Below, in pieces: positions 41,864-53,433 of a stretch of DNA of 64,000 bases (its first letter is position 1; each line of letters starts with the position of its first letter). A program made the translations under genes and the position numbers. A model generated the notes under the pieces. The model was given only the letters and a program-made list of their open reading frames with translations. It did no database searches and was not told the DNA's origin. The DNA comes from Thermodesulfobacteriota bacterium (GTDB lineage Bacteria; Desulfobacterota_D; UBA1144; Nemesobacterales; JAJCZQ01): assembly GCA_965215275.1 (NCBI GenBank), contig OZ244044.1, positions 1,824,001 to 1,888,000 of the forward strand, read 5' to 3'.

Positions 41864-42499
41864 ATGAAAAAATACAAAAACCTTATATACCTTGTCCTGA
41901 CAGCATTCCTGACCATCGGTGGATGTGACGTTGACTTCGGTAATGATGATGAAACGGCAAGCAGTACCTCAACAAGTCGGGTATGGGGAGATATCACAAC
42001 CGTTTTTGACAGTAACGAGGTCGGTGGGATAAGAGTAGTGATACAGAACTCAAACGACGTCACCGGGTCAGACGGGACTTTTAACGTGGAGGGAAGGATA
42101 TCGGGGAATAACGAGGAAATACAGTTTCAGGACACCAATGACGAAAACAGTATTATCGGAAGACTGCGACTCAATATCTGGCCAGGTGCTGAGTTAAACC
42201 TCGGGAGAATAGAAATCAACGAAAATCAGCCTGTAAATATACTTGATGATATTTCAATTGATTTTTCGGGAGAGGTCACCGAGAACAACTGTGACGGCAA
42301 TGCAGGCTCCCTCACGGTGCAAATAGACGACGAGATAGATAGTGAGGTCCTTGTGCAGATAGAGTCTTTAACTGACGTTGAACGCAGTAACGAGGATATA
42401 GAATGCGACGAGATCAAGGAAGGTCAACAATTAGACGTTGAAGGGACCTGCCGTGGTATTGACTGCAACAATGTCAGTGCTGACGGGATTGAGTTTTAG
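41864..42499 (+). CDS. Acidic hypothetical lipoprotein
   Basis: Signal peptide ending in lipobox-like IGG-C; Asp/Glu-rich. Confidence 0.7.
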   Translation: MKKYKNLIYLVLTAFLTIGGCDVDFGNDDETASSTSTSRVWGDITTVFDSNEVGGIRVVIQNSNDVTGSDGTFNVEGRISGNNEEIQFQDTNDENSIIGRLRLNIWPGAELNLGRIEINENQPVNILDDISIDFSGEVTENNCDGNAGSLTVQIDDEIDSEVLVQIESLTDVERSNEDIECDEIKEGQQLDVEGTCRGIDCNNVSADGIEF

Positions 42500-42620
42500 C
42501 ATCCCATGTTCGCTCACCTTTTCGGTCACATTCGGTCACATGGCCTGCTTACTTGACATTTTCTCTAAATAATTGCACTATTTCCTTTTCTGTAAAATCT
42601 TAACTCAGCTTGGAGAGGCA

Positions 42621-43538
42621 ATGTCGGATCACCCCGAATTAATATGGCTGGATGGTAATTTTGTTCCCTGGGCAGAAGCGAACGTTCACGTACTTACACA
42701 TACTCTGCATTACGGACTAGGTGTATTTGAAGGACTGAGAGCCTATAAATGTGAGAACGGACGAACGGCTATCTTTTTGCTGGACCAGCACATCGATCGT
42801 CTTTATAATTCCTGCCACATTGCCGGAATGAAGATACCCTACACCAAGGAAGAGGTTAAGAGTGCGATCAAGGACCTGCTAAATAATAACAAACTCAATG
42901 AGGCATATATAAGACCAATAGTGTTCATAGGTGATGGAAGTTTCGGAGTTCATCCAAAAGATAATCCTATAAGACTTGCGATCGCGGCGTGGTCATGGGG
43001 AACATATCTCGGAGAGGACGGTGTAAATAAAGGTATAAGGACCAAAGTCTCTTCCTTCACCAGAATGGGCGTCAACTCCTTTATGACAAAAGCAAAGATC
43101 TCCGGAAACTATGTTAATTCAATTTTTGCAAAAGTCGAAGCAATAGGACTGGGGTTTGACGAGGCACTGCTGCTCGACAACGAGGGATATATAGCAGAGG
43201 GAAGTGGGGAGAATATCTTTATAATAAGGAACGACGTTATCAAGACCCCGCCCCTGACCTCGATTTTAGAAGGACTTACAAGGAACTGTATTATACAGAT
43301 AGCAAAAGACGAGAGTTACAGCGTCGTTGAAGAAAGATTTACAAGGGACGAACTTTACATATCTGACGAGGTCTTTCTGACCGGCACCGCGGCAGAGATA
43401 ACCCCTATCAGAGAGGTCGACTTTCGCGTAATCGGTTCAGGCAAACCCGGAAAAGTCACAAAGAACCTTCAGAATATTTTCTTTGACGTTGTAAAGGGGA
43501 GGAGTGAAAAGTACTCGTCCTGGCTTGAGTATTTATAA
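42621..43538 (+). CDS. ilvE: Branched-chain amino acid aminotransferase
   Basis: LHYGLGVFEG, AKISGNY, EGSGEN, GTAAEITP; GGAGAGG RBS before ATG 42621. Confidence 0.96.
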   Translation: MSDHPELIWLDGNFVPWAEANVHVLTHTLHYGLGVFEGLRAYKCENGRTAIFLLDQHIDRLYNSCHIAGMKIPYTKEEVKSAIKDLLNNNKLNEAYIRPIVFIGDGSFGVHPKDNPIRLAIAAWSWGTYLGEDGVNKGIRTKVSSFTRMGVNSFMTKAKISGNYVNSIFAKVEAIGLGFDEALLLDNEGYIAEGSGENIFIIRNDVIKTPPLTSILEGLTRNCIIQIAKDESYSVVEERFTRDELYISDEVFLTGTAAEITPIREVDFRVIGSGKPGKVTKNLQNIFFDVVKGRSEKYSSWLEYL

Positions 43539-43619
43539 CCCATCCATTCTTCTGTTCTGAATTTCCTGACGTTTTCGAATATTTTACTGTTCTCATATCC
43601 CAAAAAGCCAAAAGATATC

Positions 43620-43706
43620 TGGTGCCCAGGGCCGGACTCGAACCGGCACGGGATCACTCCCGAGGGATTTTAAGTCCCTTGCGTCTACCAATTCCGCCAC
43701 CCGGGC
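43620..43706 (-). tRNA. tRNA-Leu(TAA)
   Basis: Cloverleaf GCCCGGG...TGGGCACCA, anticodon loop CTTAAAA, long variable arm, encoded CCA. Confidence 0.96.
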
Positions 43707-43733
43707 AACGTTCTATTTTCCAAACACGTTTTC

Positions 43734-43808
43734 TGGAGGCGACGCCCGGATTCGAACCGGGGTATTACGGTTTTGCAGACCGTTGCCTTACCACTTGGCT
43801 ACGTCGCC
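43734..43808 (-). tRNA. tRNA-Cys(GCA)
   Basis: GGCGACG...CGTCGCCTCCA, anticodon loop CTGCAAA, U73 discriminator. Confidence 0.96.
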
Positions 43809-43863
43809 AGTTTTAACAGACACAATAAGGTAGCTTTAAACTATCCTGAAAAAAGTTCATATT

Positions 43864-44670
43864 TCAAACAAAAAATTCTCCCGCTGCGACAATCTTTGCC
43901 TTCCCGCCCAGTACGACGCCGTGTCCGGTAACCTTTACCTTCACTACCCCACCCCTTTTAGATGCCTGATAACCTGCCAGCTCTGATCTTTTCAGCTTTA
44001 CGCTCCAATACGGACCTAAAGCACAGTGTGCCGAGCCTGTAACCGGATCTTCAGGTATGCCAAATCGGGGAGCAAAAAACCGTGAGACAAAGTCACAGCC
44101 TCTGCTTTTGGCAGTGCTTGTGACGATTATACCCCTGCAATCCACTTTTTTTATAATCTCGATATCGGGAACTATATTCCTGACAATATCCTCCGAACCT
44201 ACCTCAATAAAATAGTCAAAGCTGCTCTTACCGGTGTAGACCGGGATGATCTTAAGTCCATCTATGATCTCTGCAGGACAATCTGCAGTATAAGGCACGT
44301 CAGGTGGAAAGTCCATTTCAATACAGCTGTCAACGTTTCTGGCGACCAGCGTTCCGCTTTTAGTGCTGAACCTTGCTGCCTGATCCAGACCCAGCATTCC
44401 TTTTTCCCATAATACATGAGCAGAAGCCAACGTTGCATGACCACACAGGTCAACTTCTCTCACCGGTGAGAACCATCTTAAACTGTAAATATCTTTTTCT
44501 CTGAATAAATACGCGGTTTCAGAAAGGTTCATCTCTGAAGCTATTTCCTGCAAAATATCGTCTGAAATAAGGTCCTCTAAAATGAATACCGCTGCTGGAT
44601 TACCCGTAAAAACCCGTTCAGCAAACGCATCTACAATAAAGTATTGCAATTTATAAAACCTTTTGATCAT
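43864..44670 (-). CDS. PhzF-family epimerase/isomerase
   Basis: VDAF, GNPAAV, NLSETA, LCGHATLA, EDPVTGSA. Confidence 0.93.
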   Translation of the reverse strand: MIKRFYKLQYFIVDAFAERVFTGNPAAVFILEDLISDDILQEIASEMNLSETAYLFREKDIYSLRWFSPVREVDLCGHATLASAHVLWEKGMLGLDQAARFSTKSGTLVARNVDSCIEMDFPPDVPYTADCPAEIIDGLKIIPVYTGKSSFDYFIEVGSEDIVRNIVPDIEIIKKVDCRGIIVTSTAKSRGCDFVSRFFAPRFGIPEDPVTGSAHCALGPYWSVKLKRSELAGYQASKRGGVVKVKVTGHGVVLGGKAKIVAAGEFFV

Positions 44671-44731
44671 ATTAAGATATACTTAAAATAAGTGTAAATA
44701 ACGCAGTTTTAACTGTACATGGAGGATCATT

Positions 44732-46093
44732 ATGTCAAAAGATAATCAAGCCTTGAAGGAAACTGATAATTTTATGAAAGGTCTTATAATGAGAAATCCC
44801 GGAGAAACAGAATTTCATCAGGCAGTGCAGGAAGTCGTCCATGACCTTATACCGTTCATATTGCAAAATCAGAACTACCAACAGAATCAGATACTTGAAA
44901 GAATAACGGAACCTGACAGAACAGTGATGTTCAGGGTGAGCTGGGAAGACGACAGCGGAAATATCCAGGTAAACAGAGGGTTCAGAGTGCAGTTCAGTAA
45001 CTCTATAGGACCATACAAGGGGGGAATGCGATTTCACCCTTCCGTTAACCTAAGCATATTAAAATTCCTGGGATTCGAGCAGATCTTTAAAAACAGTCTG
45101 ACAGGACTGCCAATGGGTGGTGGCAAAGGAGGTTCGAACTTTAACCCAAAAGGAAAAAGCGACAGGGAGGTCATGCGTTTCTGCCAGTCGTTCATGACGG
45201 AGTTCTACAGACACATTGGCCAGGATACCGATATACCCGCGGGAGATATAGGCGTTGGAGGCAGAGAGATCGGTTACCTGTTCGGTCAGTATAAGAGGAT
45301 TAGGAACGAGTACACCGGAACCCTTACGGGCAAAGGACTGTCATTTGGAGGAAGTCTCGTCAGACAGGAAGCCACTGGCTATGGATGTACTTACTTCTGT
45401 GAAGAGATGCTGAATCACAGAGGCGACAGCCTGAAAGGAAAGACCTGCCTTGTGTCAGGGTCAGGTAACGTTGCACTTTACACAGTTGAAAAGGCAACGG
45501 ATATGGGTGCCAGAGTTGTGACCCTTTCTGATTCTTCGGGATTTATTTACGATAAGAATGGAATAGACGAAGAAAAACTTAACTTTATAAAAGACCTGAA
45601 AGAAGTAAAAAGGGGAAGAATTTCAGAATACGCTGACAATTTTAAAGGGGTCAGTTTTCACAAGAACGAAAAACCGTGGAACATTCCTGCGGACGTGGTA
45701 TTTCCAAGTGCCACGCAGAATGAAATATCACTTGAAGACGCTAAAACCATGTTAAAAAACGGCGTCATTGCGGTCAGCGAAGGAGCAAATATGCCTACCA
45801 CGTTCGAAGGAGCAAGTGAGTTCAGAAATGCCAGGATCCTGTACGGACCTTCCAAAGCCGCTAATGCCGGAGGTGTTGCAGTATCCGGACTTGAGCAAAG
45901 CCAGAACTCCCTTCGTCTTTCATGGTCACGTGAAGAGGTAAACTTAAAACTGCAGGAAATAATGAAAAGCATTCACCGGCAATGTATAGAATATGGTAAT
46001 GAAGGAGATGGGTACATTGACTACGTCAGAGGTGCAAACGTTGGAGGATTCGTAAAGGTTGCAGATTCCATGATCGCTTACGGGATCGTATAA
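44732..46093 (+). CDS. gdhA: NADP-specific glutamate dehydrogenase
   Basis: GPYKGGMRFH, GGGKGG, PAGDIGVG, GSGNVA, EGANMP. Confidence 0.97.
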   Translation: MSKDNQALKETDNFMKGLIMRNPGETEFHQAVQEVVHDLIPFILQNQNYQQNQILERITEPDRTVMFRVSWEDDSGNIQVNRGFRVQFSNSIGPYKGGMRFHPSVNLSILKFLGFEQIFKNSLTGLPMGGGKGGSNFNPKGKSDREVMRFCQSFMTEFYRHIGQDTDIPAGDIGVGGREIGYLFGQYKRIRNEYTGTLTGKGLSFGGSLVRQEATGYGCTYFCEEMLNHRGDSLKGKTCLVSGSGNVALYTVEKATDMGARVVTLSDSSGFIYDKNGIDEEKLNFIKDLKEVKRGRISEYADNFKGVSFHKNEKPWNIPADVVFPSATQNEISLEDAKTMLKNGVIAVSEGANMPTTFEGASEFRNARILYGPSKAANAGGVAVSGLEQSQNSLRLSWSREEVNLKLQEIMKSIHRQCIEYGNEGDGYIDYVRGANVGGFVKVADSMIAYGIV

Positions 46094-46171
46094 CTGTATT
46101 TAACCTAAAGTAAGTGGGGAGAATCTGTATTCAGGACAATTTAAGCAGAACTGAACAACTCGGAGAAGAAC

Positions 46172-47644
46172 ATGGCCTTGTTAAAAAAATACAATCCTTT
46201 CATAAACGGGAAAGAAGTTAAACCGTCGGGAGGCAAATACTTTGTGAGAGAAAACCCTGCAACGGAAGAAGAACTTGCCAGAATTGCAGAAGGTAATGAA
46301 AAAGACATTGACAGGGCTGTAAACGCGGCAAGAAAGGCCTTTAAAGGATGGTCGAATGTCACAGCTTCCGAAAGGTCAGGAATCCTGCTGAGGATCGCGG
46401 ACGTTCTTGGAAAAAATCAGAAGCGCCTTGCTTTACTGAACACTCTGGAGACAGGAAAGACCATCAGGGAAAGCATCGCCGTTGAACTTGGAGGTTCGAT
46501 CAGGACTCTTGAGTATTATTCAGGTGCCCATACTCAGCTGAACGGGGAGACCATACCGATAAGCAGGGAACAGTTCTCCATGACCATAAAGGAACCCGTG
46601 GGCGTCGTGGCACATATAATCCCATGGAACTTCCCACTGCTGCTGTCCTTCTGGAAGATCGCACCAGCACTTGCTGCAGGATGTACGGTCGTTTTAAAAC
46701 CCGCGGAACTTACCTCCTGCACTATCATTGAAATAGCCAAGTTATGCTCAAAAGCAGGACTTCCCGATGGGGTACTGAACGTCGTTCCCGGAAAAGGTGA
46801 AGTTGCAGGCTCAGTTCTGGTAAGACATCCCGATATAAATAAAGTGGCGTTCACAGGGTCCACATCGGTAGGGAAAAAAGTTATGCAGGATGCTGCCAAG
46901 TCGGTCAAAAACGTATCTCTGGAACTTGGAGGGAAAGCTCCTTGCATTATCTTTGAAGATGCCGATCTGCAAAACGCCGTGGAGGCATGCCTGAGAGGAG
47001 GTTTCTTCAACCAGGGAGAAAACTGTACCGCGGTCACAAAACTCATGCTCCATAAGAAAATATATAAGAGTTTTTTGGACCTGTACGTTTCAAGGGCAAA
47101 GAAAATAATCGTTGGAGACCCCACGGACCGGGATACTGAAATGGGACCAGTAATATCAAAAGAACACCTTGAAGCTGTTTTAAGCTATATTGACAAAGGC
47201 ATATCAGAGGGAGCAAAAGTAAGAGCAGGAGGAAAAAGCCCCAAGAAATTAAAGAAAGGTTATTATATCAACCCGACCATTTTAGAGAACGTCGACCCAG
47301 AGGCCACAGTAGCCTGTGAGGAAATATTCGGTCCTGTGGTAGCGGTAATACCGTTCAGGGAGGAAGATGAAGCCGTAGAGATAGCAAACGGCACAAAATA
47401 CGGGCTTGCAGGTGGGGTCTGGACAAGGGACATCAATCGTGCAATACGAGTGGCAAAGTCCATAAAGGCCGGGTATTTATGGGTAAACACTTACGGCGGG
47501 ATCATCCCTCAGACCCCATACGGAGGTTTCAAACAAAGCGGTATTGGAAAAGAACTTGGAAAAGAGGGAATTGAAAACTACCTTGAGACCAAAACGATCA
47601 ATATCTACACAGGTGATTCAATACCGAAATGGTATAAAGGATAA
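46172..47644 (+). CDS. Aldehyde dehydrogenase
   Basis: PWNFP, FTGST, LELGGK, NQGENC, EEIFGPV. Confidence 0.95.
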   Translation: MALLKKYNPFINGKEVKPSGGKYFVRENPATEEELARIAEGNEKDIDRAVNAARKAFKGWSNVTASERSGILLRIADVLGKNQKRLALLNTLETGKTIRESIAVELGGSIRTLEYYSGAHTQLNGETIPISREQFSMTIKEPVGVVAHIIPWNFPLLLSFWKIAPALAAGCTVVLKPAELTSCTIIEIAKLCSKAGLPDGVLNVVPGKGEVAGSVLVRHPDINKVAFTGSTSVGKKVMQDAAKSVKNVSLELGGKAPCIIFEDADLQNAVEACLRGGFFNQGENCTAVTKLMLHKKIYKSFLDLYVSRAKKIIVGDPTDRDTEMGPVISKEHLEAVLSYIDKGISEGAKVRAGGKSPKKLKKGYYINPTILENVDPEATVACEEIFGPVVAVIPFREEDEAVEIANGTKYGLAGGVWTRDINRAIRVAKSIKAGYLWVNTYGGIIPQTPYGGFKQSGIGKELGKEGIENYLETKTINIYTGDSIPKWYKG

Positions 47645-47830
47645 AGCGGAGACAAACTCCAGGAACTACATACATAAGGGGATTTTATATTTAATCAGCC
47701 AGGATCAAAACTGATCTGATCTATAAATATAAAAACTGCGTTTTATTACCTTGATCTTCTTGAATTATACAAAAGCTTAATTTACAATAGTCGTTTTTGC
47801 TGTAGTATTTCAGCAGTTTTATCTTATAAA

Positions 47831-48772
47831 ATGGAAAATACAAGAATATTTAGCGGAACGGCGAACCAGCCACTGGCCGAGAACGTCTGTAAATACCTGG
47901 ACGTGGAACTGGGAAAACTGGAAGTGAGACGTTTCAGCGATGGAGAGGTTTTTGCAGATATTTCGGAAAGCGTAAGGAAGAAAGACACATTCATTATCCA
48001 GCCGACCTGCCCTCCGGTCAATGAAAATCTTATGGAACTTCTGATAATCACCGATGCCCTTAAAAGAGCTTCTGCCGGAAGTATATACGCCGTTATACCT
48101 TATTATGGCTATGCCAGGCAGGACAGAAAAGTGTTACCAAGAGCACCTATTACCGCAAAGCTGGTCGCCAACATCATAGTTGGAGCAGGTATAAGAAGGG
48201 TAATAACGGTAGACCTTCACGCCGGACAGATACAGGGGTTCTTCAACGTTCCAGTGGACCACTTGTACGGATTTCCGGTCTTAATGAAATACTTACGAGA
48301 GAAGTATGGCGATGAAAAGCTGGTTATAGTTTCGCCCGACGCCGGAGGCGTGGAAAGAGCAAGAAGGTACGCCAACGGACTGGGAGCCGAACTTGCAATG
48401 GCGGATAAAAGAAGAACAGGGCCAAACGTTGCTGAAATATCCTACGTAATAGGGGACGTTAAGGATAAAACGGCAATAATAGTCGATGATATAGTCGATA
48501 CGGCAAGAACCGCCACATTAGCGGCCAGGATCCTAATGGAAGAAGGGGCAAAAGAAGTGGTTCTGTGCTGCACTCACGGCGTTCTTTCCGGACAGGCAAT
48601 TGACAGAATAAACGACTCTCACTTTGGTGAAGTAATAATAACTAATTCCATTCCACAGCATGAAAACCAAAAAAAATGTAATAAAATAAAAGTTCTCGGA
48701 CTTGCTGATCTGCTTGGCGAATCGATCAAAAGGATAGTTTCAGGCGAATCGATCAGTTCACTTTTCAACTAA
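47831..48772 (+). CDS. prs: Ribose-phosphate pyrophosphokinase
   Basis: YGYARQDR, DLHAGQIQGFF, VSPDAGG, VDDIVDT. Confidence 0.97.
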   Translation: MENTRIFSGTANQPLAENVCKYLDVELGKLEVRRFSDGEVFADISESVRKKDTFIIQPTCPPVNENLMELLIITDALKRASAGSIYAVIPYYGYARQDRKVLPRAPITAKLVANIIVGAGIRRVITVDLHAGQIQGFFNVPVDHLYGFPVLMKYLREKYGDEKLVIVSPDAGGVERARRYANGLGAELAMADKRRTGPNVAEISYVIGDVKDKTAIIVDDIVDTARTATLAARILMEEGAKEVVLCCTHGVLSGQAIDRINDSHFGEVIITNSIPQHENQKKCNKIKVLGLADLLGESIKRIVSGESISSLFN

Positions 48773-48782
48773 GGAGCTTTAC

Positions 48783-49436
48783 ATGGCAAGAAGCACGTTA
48801 AAAGTAAAAAAAAGGTTAAGACTTGGTAAGACAGGCTCAAGACAGGTCAGAAAAGAAGGAAAGATCCCAGCGATCATATACGGTAAGGGAATGGAATCCA
48901 TTCCTTTAATTATTGATCCGGCCGAATTAAAAGGGTCTCTTGACACAGATACCGGAAAAAACACCTTGCTTGATCTTGAAATTGAGACTGAAGGCGAAAA
49001 GATCAGTAAGTTAGGGCTCTTAAAGGACATACAGTTAGACTATATAACGCAAAAACCCATCCATCTTGATTTTCAGGTAATAGATGCTGAGGACAAGGTT
49101 ACAGTAAACGTTCCATTGAACCTGACCGGACGTGCTCTGGGGATCAAGGAAGGCGGGATACTGGAACAGAACATAAGAGAAATAACCGTTGAATGCCTGC
49201 CTGAAAATATACCGCCGGTCATTGAATTTGATATTTCAGATATGCAACTGGGAGATGTTCTGCATATCAGCGATATAAACTTCCCTGAAGGAATTGAAAC
49301 TTTAATAAGTGCCGACAGTCTGGCAGCAAGCATTCAAACGCCAAGAGGAATGGTTACCGACGTGTCTTCAGAAGATACAGAACAGGAGGAGGAAGGAGAA
49401 TCAGAAGAAGCCCCAGTTGAAGAAAAGACCGAATAA
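48783..49436 (+). CDS. rplY: 50S ribosomal protein L25/Ctc
   Basis: IPAIIYGKG, HLDF, GIKEGG; sits between prs and pth. Confidence 0.95.
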   Translation: MARSTLKVKKRLRLGKTGSRQVRKEGKIPAIIYGKGMESIPLIIDPAELKGSLDTDTGKNTLLDLEIETEGEKISKLGLLKDIQLDYITQKPIHLDFQVIDAEDKVTVNVPLNLTGRALGIKEGGILEQNIREITVECLPENIPPVIEFDISDMQLGDVLHISDINFPEGIETLISADSLAASIQTPRGMVTDVSSEDTEQEEEGESEEAPVEEKTE

Positions 49437-49468
49437 GGCTTCTGACCGTAACGTAACGATTACAAAAT

Positions 49469-50044
49469 TTGATGGATTTTTTGATAGTTGGTATCGGCAA
49501 TCCCGGGAAAAAATATGAAGGAACCAGACATAACGTAGGATTTATGGTACTGGACAGTTTCTCGGAAAAAACCGGAATAAATATCTCACGACCAGGGTTC
49601 AAAGGATTATACGGAAAGGGAAAATATCTGAACAATACGCTTTATCTCTTAAAACCTCAGACCTTTATGAATAAAAGTGGTGAATCAGTGAAAGAGATGA
49701 AAAATTTTTATAAAATACCATCAGAGCAGATGATCGTCGTTCATGATGAACTGGACGTCAGTCTTGGAAACATGAAGATCAAAGCAGGTGGTGGAACTGC
49801 CGGACATAACGGTCTTGACTCAATAAAAACACTCACAGGCAGTTTGGATTTTTTAAGAATACGAATTGGAATTGGAAAACCGGACGTTAAAAGCAAAACG
49901 GTCGGACACGTGCTTTCTCCCTTCGGCAAAGAAGAGAGGACTTTATTAAACGAGACAGTGAAAAGAGCAACTGATGCGCTTACCGAAATAGTTTCCAGCG
50001 GCGCATACAGTGCAATGAACAAATACAATAACACCTTACAATAA
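49469..50044 (+). CDS. pth: Peptidyl-tRNA hydrolase
   Basis: GIGNPG, TRHNVGF, KPQTFMN, HDELD, GHNG. Confidence 0.97.
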   Translation: MMDFLIVGIGNPGKKYEGTRHNVGFMVLDSFSEKTGINISRPGFKGLYGKGKYLNNTLYLLKPQTFMNKSGESVKEMKNFYKIPSEQMIVVHDELDVSLGNMKIKAGGGTAGHNGLDSIKTLTGSLDFLRIRIGIGKPDVKSKTVGHVLSPFGKEERTLLNETVKRATDALTEIVSSGAYSAMNKYNNTLQ

Positions 50045-50076
50045 AATTACATTAGTTCAAAAGGAGGAACTTTCAG

Positions 50077-52140
50077 ATGGGTGAAACAGGTCAGATACTA
50101 GCCAGCTATGCAGCAATTGTGGTAGGAGTCATTGTACTGGCTTATGCTTTTATGGTTTACAGAAGCATACAGATACTGCCGGAAGGCAGTGATAAAATGC
50201 GTGAGATCGCAGCTGCAATTTATGAAGGAGCAATGGTGTTTCTCAAAAGAGAATATCAGATCATAGCCGTATTTGTCGTGATAGTTTTTATATTACTCGC
50301 AATTTCAATTAACTTTGAAACCGCAATTGCCTACTTGGGAGGTGCAACGTGTTCTATACTGGCTGGGTTTTTCGGTATGAAGGCAGCGACCACAGCAAAC
50401 GTAAGAACTGCCCATGCCGCTTCCACCAGCGGACAGGGACGAGCTCTTGAAGTCGCATTCAAGGGAGGGAACGTTATGGGGCTCTCGGTAGCAGGTTTGG
50501 GACTTCTTGGAATATCAGTGGCTTTTCTTCTTGGAATTACCGTTGCAGAACTGCCCGGGGAGCAAGCCATGCTGAAGGGAGTTTTAACTGATTTTGGAGG
50601 GATGATCGGTGGATTTGCCATGGGAGCCAGTACGGTTGCACTGTTTGCAAGGATCGGAGGTGGTATATACACCAAGGGTGCCGACGTCGGTGCCGATCTC
50701 GTGGGAAAAGTAGAAGCGGGCATTCCCGAAGACGACCCTAGAAATCCTGCAACGATCGCCGACAACGTGGGGGATAACGTGGGGGACGTGGCAGGAATGG
50801 GTGCTGACCTGTTCGAATCTTATGTGGGAGCAGTGATTGCCACTATTGTTATTGCCGCGACCATGGAAAACAATCAGGTCGCACTGATGGCAATTCCAGT
50901 GATCCTGATAACTATCGGAAGCCTCTCATCCCTTATCGGAGCAAAATCAGTTGGGTGGTTTAAAAATCTGGACCCTCAGATCGTACTGCGAAGAGCGACC
51001 ATGTATTCAGGTATTGCCTATCTTGGACTTTCATTACTGGTACTGATCATAATGGCAGGATTAGATGGTATAGACCTTAAACGGATACTGGGAATTTACG
51101 GAGCCTCTGTGCTTGGTCTTGCAGCAGGCATACTGATCGGAAGAGTTACGGAATATTACACCTCGGGAACACCTATAAAAAAGATCGCAGACGCTTCTCA
51201 GACGGGTGTTGCAACGAACATAATAGAAGGTCTGGCAGTTGGAATGATCAGCACCACGATCCCCGTGCTCACAATTGCCGTCGCGATCGGTATTTCATTT
51301 CTGTTTGCCGGCTTATACGGAATTGGGATCGCGGCAGTAAGCATGCTTGCAACCATTGGAATAACAATGTCCATTGACGCGTACGGACCGGTTGCCGATA
51401 ATGCCGGAGGTATTGCAGAGATGTCCGAACTGGGCGAAGACGTGAGAAAGACCACCGACAAACTGGACTCCTTGGGAAATACAACCGCCGCTATAGGTAA
51501 AGGATTCGCAATTGGTTCCGCCGCTCTTGCCGCACTCGCACTTTTCTCAGCTTATGTAAAAGCGGTTGGACTGGATTCTATCAACATTACGAACAGCAAC
51601 GTCGTTGCGGGAATGCTCGTCGGAGGTACCGTACCTTTCTTACTTGCTGCACTCACGATGGGTGCAGTTGGCAGAACCGCTCAGAAGATGGTTTCAGAAG
51701 TCAGAAGACAGTTCAGGGATATAAGCGGCCTGCTCGAAGGTAAGGAAGGAGTAAAAGCAGATTATGCAAGATGTGTGGCAATAAGCACGGACGCCTCACT
51801 CAGGGAAATGATAATTCCCGGGGTTATTGCAGTGGTTGCACCTCTGGTCATAGGGTTCGTACTCGGTCCCGAAGCCCTGGGCGGATTTCTGGCTGGAGCA
51901 GTTGTTTCAGGTGTAATGCTGGCACTCATGATGGCAAATGCTGGAGGTGCCTGGGATAATGCTAAAAAGTATATAGAAGAAGGAAACATGGGAGGTAAAG
52001 GTTCAGACGCACATAAGGCAGCGGTCGTAGGTGATACTATCGGTGACCCTTTTAAGGATACATCCGGACCAGCCATGAACATCCTTATTAAGCTGATGTC
52101 AATTGTATCCCTTGTAGTTGCACCACTGCTTTTGACTTAA
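50077..52140 (+). CDS. hppA: Membrane-integral pyrophosphatase, K+-dependent type (likely Na+-pumping)
   Basis: [26 protein letters not shown] (Ala marks K+ dependence), [10 protein letters not shown]. Confidence 0.93.
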   Translation: MGETGQILASYAAIVVGVIVLAYAFMVYRSIQILPEGSDKMREIAAAIYEGAMVFLKREYQIIAVFVVIVFILLAISINFETAIAYLGGATCSILAGFFGMKAATTANVRTAHAASTSGQGRALEVAFKGGNVMGLSVAGLGLLGISVAFLLGITVAELPGEQAMLKGVLTDFGGMIGGFAMGASTVALFARIGGGIYTKGADVGADLVGKVEAGIPEDDPRNPATIADNVGDNVGDVAGMGADLFESYVGAVIATIVIAATMENNQVALMAIPVILITIGSLSSLIGAKSVGWFKNLDPQIVLRRATMYSGIAYLGLSLLVLIIMAGLDGIDLKRILGIYGASVLGLAAGILIGRVTEYYTSGTPIKKIADASQTGVATNIIEGLAVGMISTTIPVLTIAVAIGISFLFAGLYGIGIAAVSMLATIGITMSIDAYGPVADNAGGIAEMSELGEDVRKTTDKLDSLGNTTAAIGKGFAIGSAALAALALFSAYVKAVGLDSINITNSNVVAGMLVGGTVPFLLAALTMGAVGRTAQKMVSEVRRQFRDISGLLEGKEGVKADYARCVAISTDASLREMIIPGVIAVVAPLVIGFVLGPEALGGFLAGAVVSGVMLALMMANAGGAWDNAKKYIEEGNMGGKGSDAHKAAVVGDTIGDPFKDTSGPAMNILIKLMSIVSLVVAPLLLT

Positions 52141-52207
52141 CTGCGTCAGGAAGGGAATTTTATACTGTGTTATTGTTTTACACAGTATATTGAGATTATA
52201 ATAATGA

Positions 52208-52252
52208 CTTGTCGCTCTGAGTTATTCTCAGGGAAAAAACCAAGACAGGAGG
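52208..52252 (+). promoter_or_regulatory. Putative S6:S18 ribosomal leader RNA
   Basis: CTTGTC pairs with GACAGG (sequestering the SD); internal loop with CCA; apical CTGAG/CTCAG stem; directly 5' of rpsF. Confidence 0.55.
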
Positions 52253-52260
52253 TATTTTTA

Positions 52261-52713
52261 ATGGCAACAAAGCCAAATACTTATGAAACCTTATATCTGG
52301 TAAGACCAGATATGGAGACTGACAAATTAACTGCCCTGCAGGAAAGATTAAACAAAACGATCACCGCCAATCAAGGCGAGATAAAAAAGAATGAAAAATG
52401 GGAAGAAAGAAACCTTGCTTACCCTATCAATAAATATAACAAAGGGTCTTATTATATATTAATATACAAGGCCCTTCCAACGGTCATCTCCGACCTGGAA
52501 AAACTGTTTAATTTAAACAAGTCTGATGTTCTCAGATTTATGACCACCCTGAACGAAGAAGAGCAGTTGCAGGTACAGGAAAAAACGAGCAGAGATTCCA
52601 CTGAAGATCAGAACATCTCCGTGTTTCAATCCGCTGTCAATGCTCAGAGCGAACCTGTAAAGTCTGAAAACACCAACGAAAATACCGAAACCGTAATGGG
52701 AGGTAATAATTAA
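52261..52713 (+). CDS. rpsF: 30S ribosomal protein S6
   Basis: YETLYLVRPD, RNLAYPINK, VLRFM; AGGAGG RBS. Confidence 0.95.
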   Translation: MATKPNTYETLYLVRPDMETDKLTALQERLNKTITANQGEIKKNEKWEERNLAYPINKYNKGSYYILIYKALPTVISDLEKLFNLNKSDVLRFMTTLNEEEQLQVQEKTSRDSTEDQNISVFQSAVNAQSEPVKSENTNENTETVMGGNN

Positions 52714-52950
52714 ATGAAACAATCAGAAAGAAGATATAATTTCCGGAAGCGAAAATCCCGCAACCTGGCCAAGGAAGGAAAGAAGATCGATTACAAAGAT
52801 GTTGATCTGCTGTCGCAATTCATTACTGAGAGAAAAAAGATCATGCCAAGAAGGACTACGGGCCTGAATGCAAAAGAGCAGAGAAAGATAGCACAAGCCA
52901 TAAAACGTGCCCGGTTCATGGCACTGCTTCCTTATACCGTACTGCATTAA
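52714..52950 (+). CDS. rpsR: 30S ribosomal protein S18 (no Zn-binding cysteines)
   Basis: [31 protein letters not shown]. Confidence 0.97.
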   Translation: MKQSERRYNFRKRKSRNLAKEGKKIDYKDVDLLSQFITERKKIMPRRTTGLNAKEQRKIAQAIKRARFMALLPYTVLH

Positions 52951-52965
52951 AATCGGAGGAATAAG

Positions 52966-53433
52966 ATGAAAGTGCTTTTTATAGACAACGTTGAGAACGT
53001 GGGAAAGAGAGGAGATATAAAAGAGGTCAAGGATGGATTTGCCCGAAATCATCTTCTGCCAAAGAACTTTGCAATAAGAGCTACAAATTCCAACATAAAA
53101 TCGTGGGAAAAAAGGCTTCATGCATTAAAGCTGCAGGATACGAAAATCCTTGAAGACGCACAGGTAATAGCCAACTCTCTGCAGAACACGACCATTACAA
53201 TTACAGCCAGAGCGGGTGAGGAAGATAAATTATTTGGTTCGGTAAACTCTCAGAATATAGCGGACTCGTTAAATGCAGAAGGACACAATATCTCCAGAAA
53301 AGACATTCAGATCAAGGAACCGATAAAAAAACTCGGAGAATATAGCATTGCCGTGAAAATACATCCCGAGGTAACGGCAAGTATTGCTCTTAAGGTCGTA
53401 AAAGAAGATGAAGTCAAGAGCGAAGAGCAGTGA
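52966..53433 (+). CDS. rplI: 50S ribosomal protein L9
   Basis: VKDGFARNHLLP, KLFGSV, IHPEV. Confidence 0.97.
   Translation: MKVLFIDNVENVGKRGDIKEVKDGFARNHLLPKNFAIRATNSNIKSWEKRLHALKLQDTKILEDAQVIANSLQNTTITITARAGEEDKLFGSVNSQNIADSLNAEGHNISRKDIQIKEPIKKLGEYSIAVKIHPEVTASIALKVVKEDEVKSEEQ

Noticed and set aside
47678..47700. GGGGATTTTATATTTAAT as another IS1595-like end (also GGGAATTTTATAC at ~52153)
   Set aside because: Weak match, no partner repeat or TSD, and an ordinary housekeeping intergenic context.
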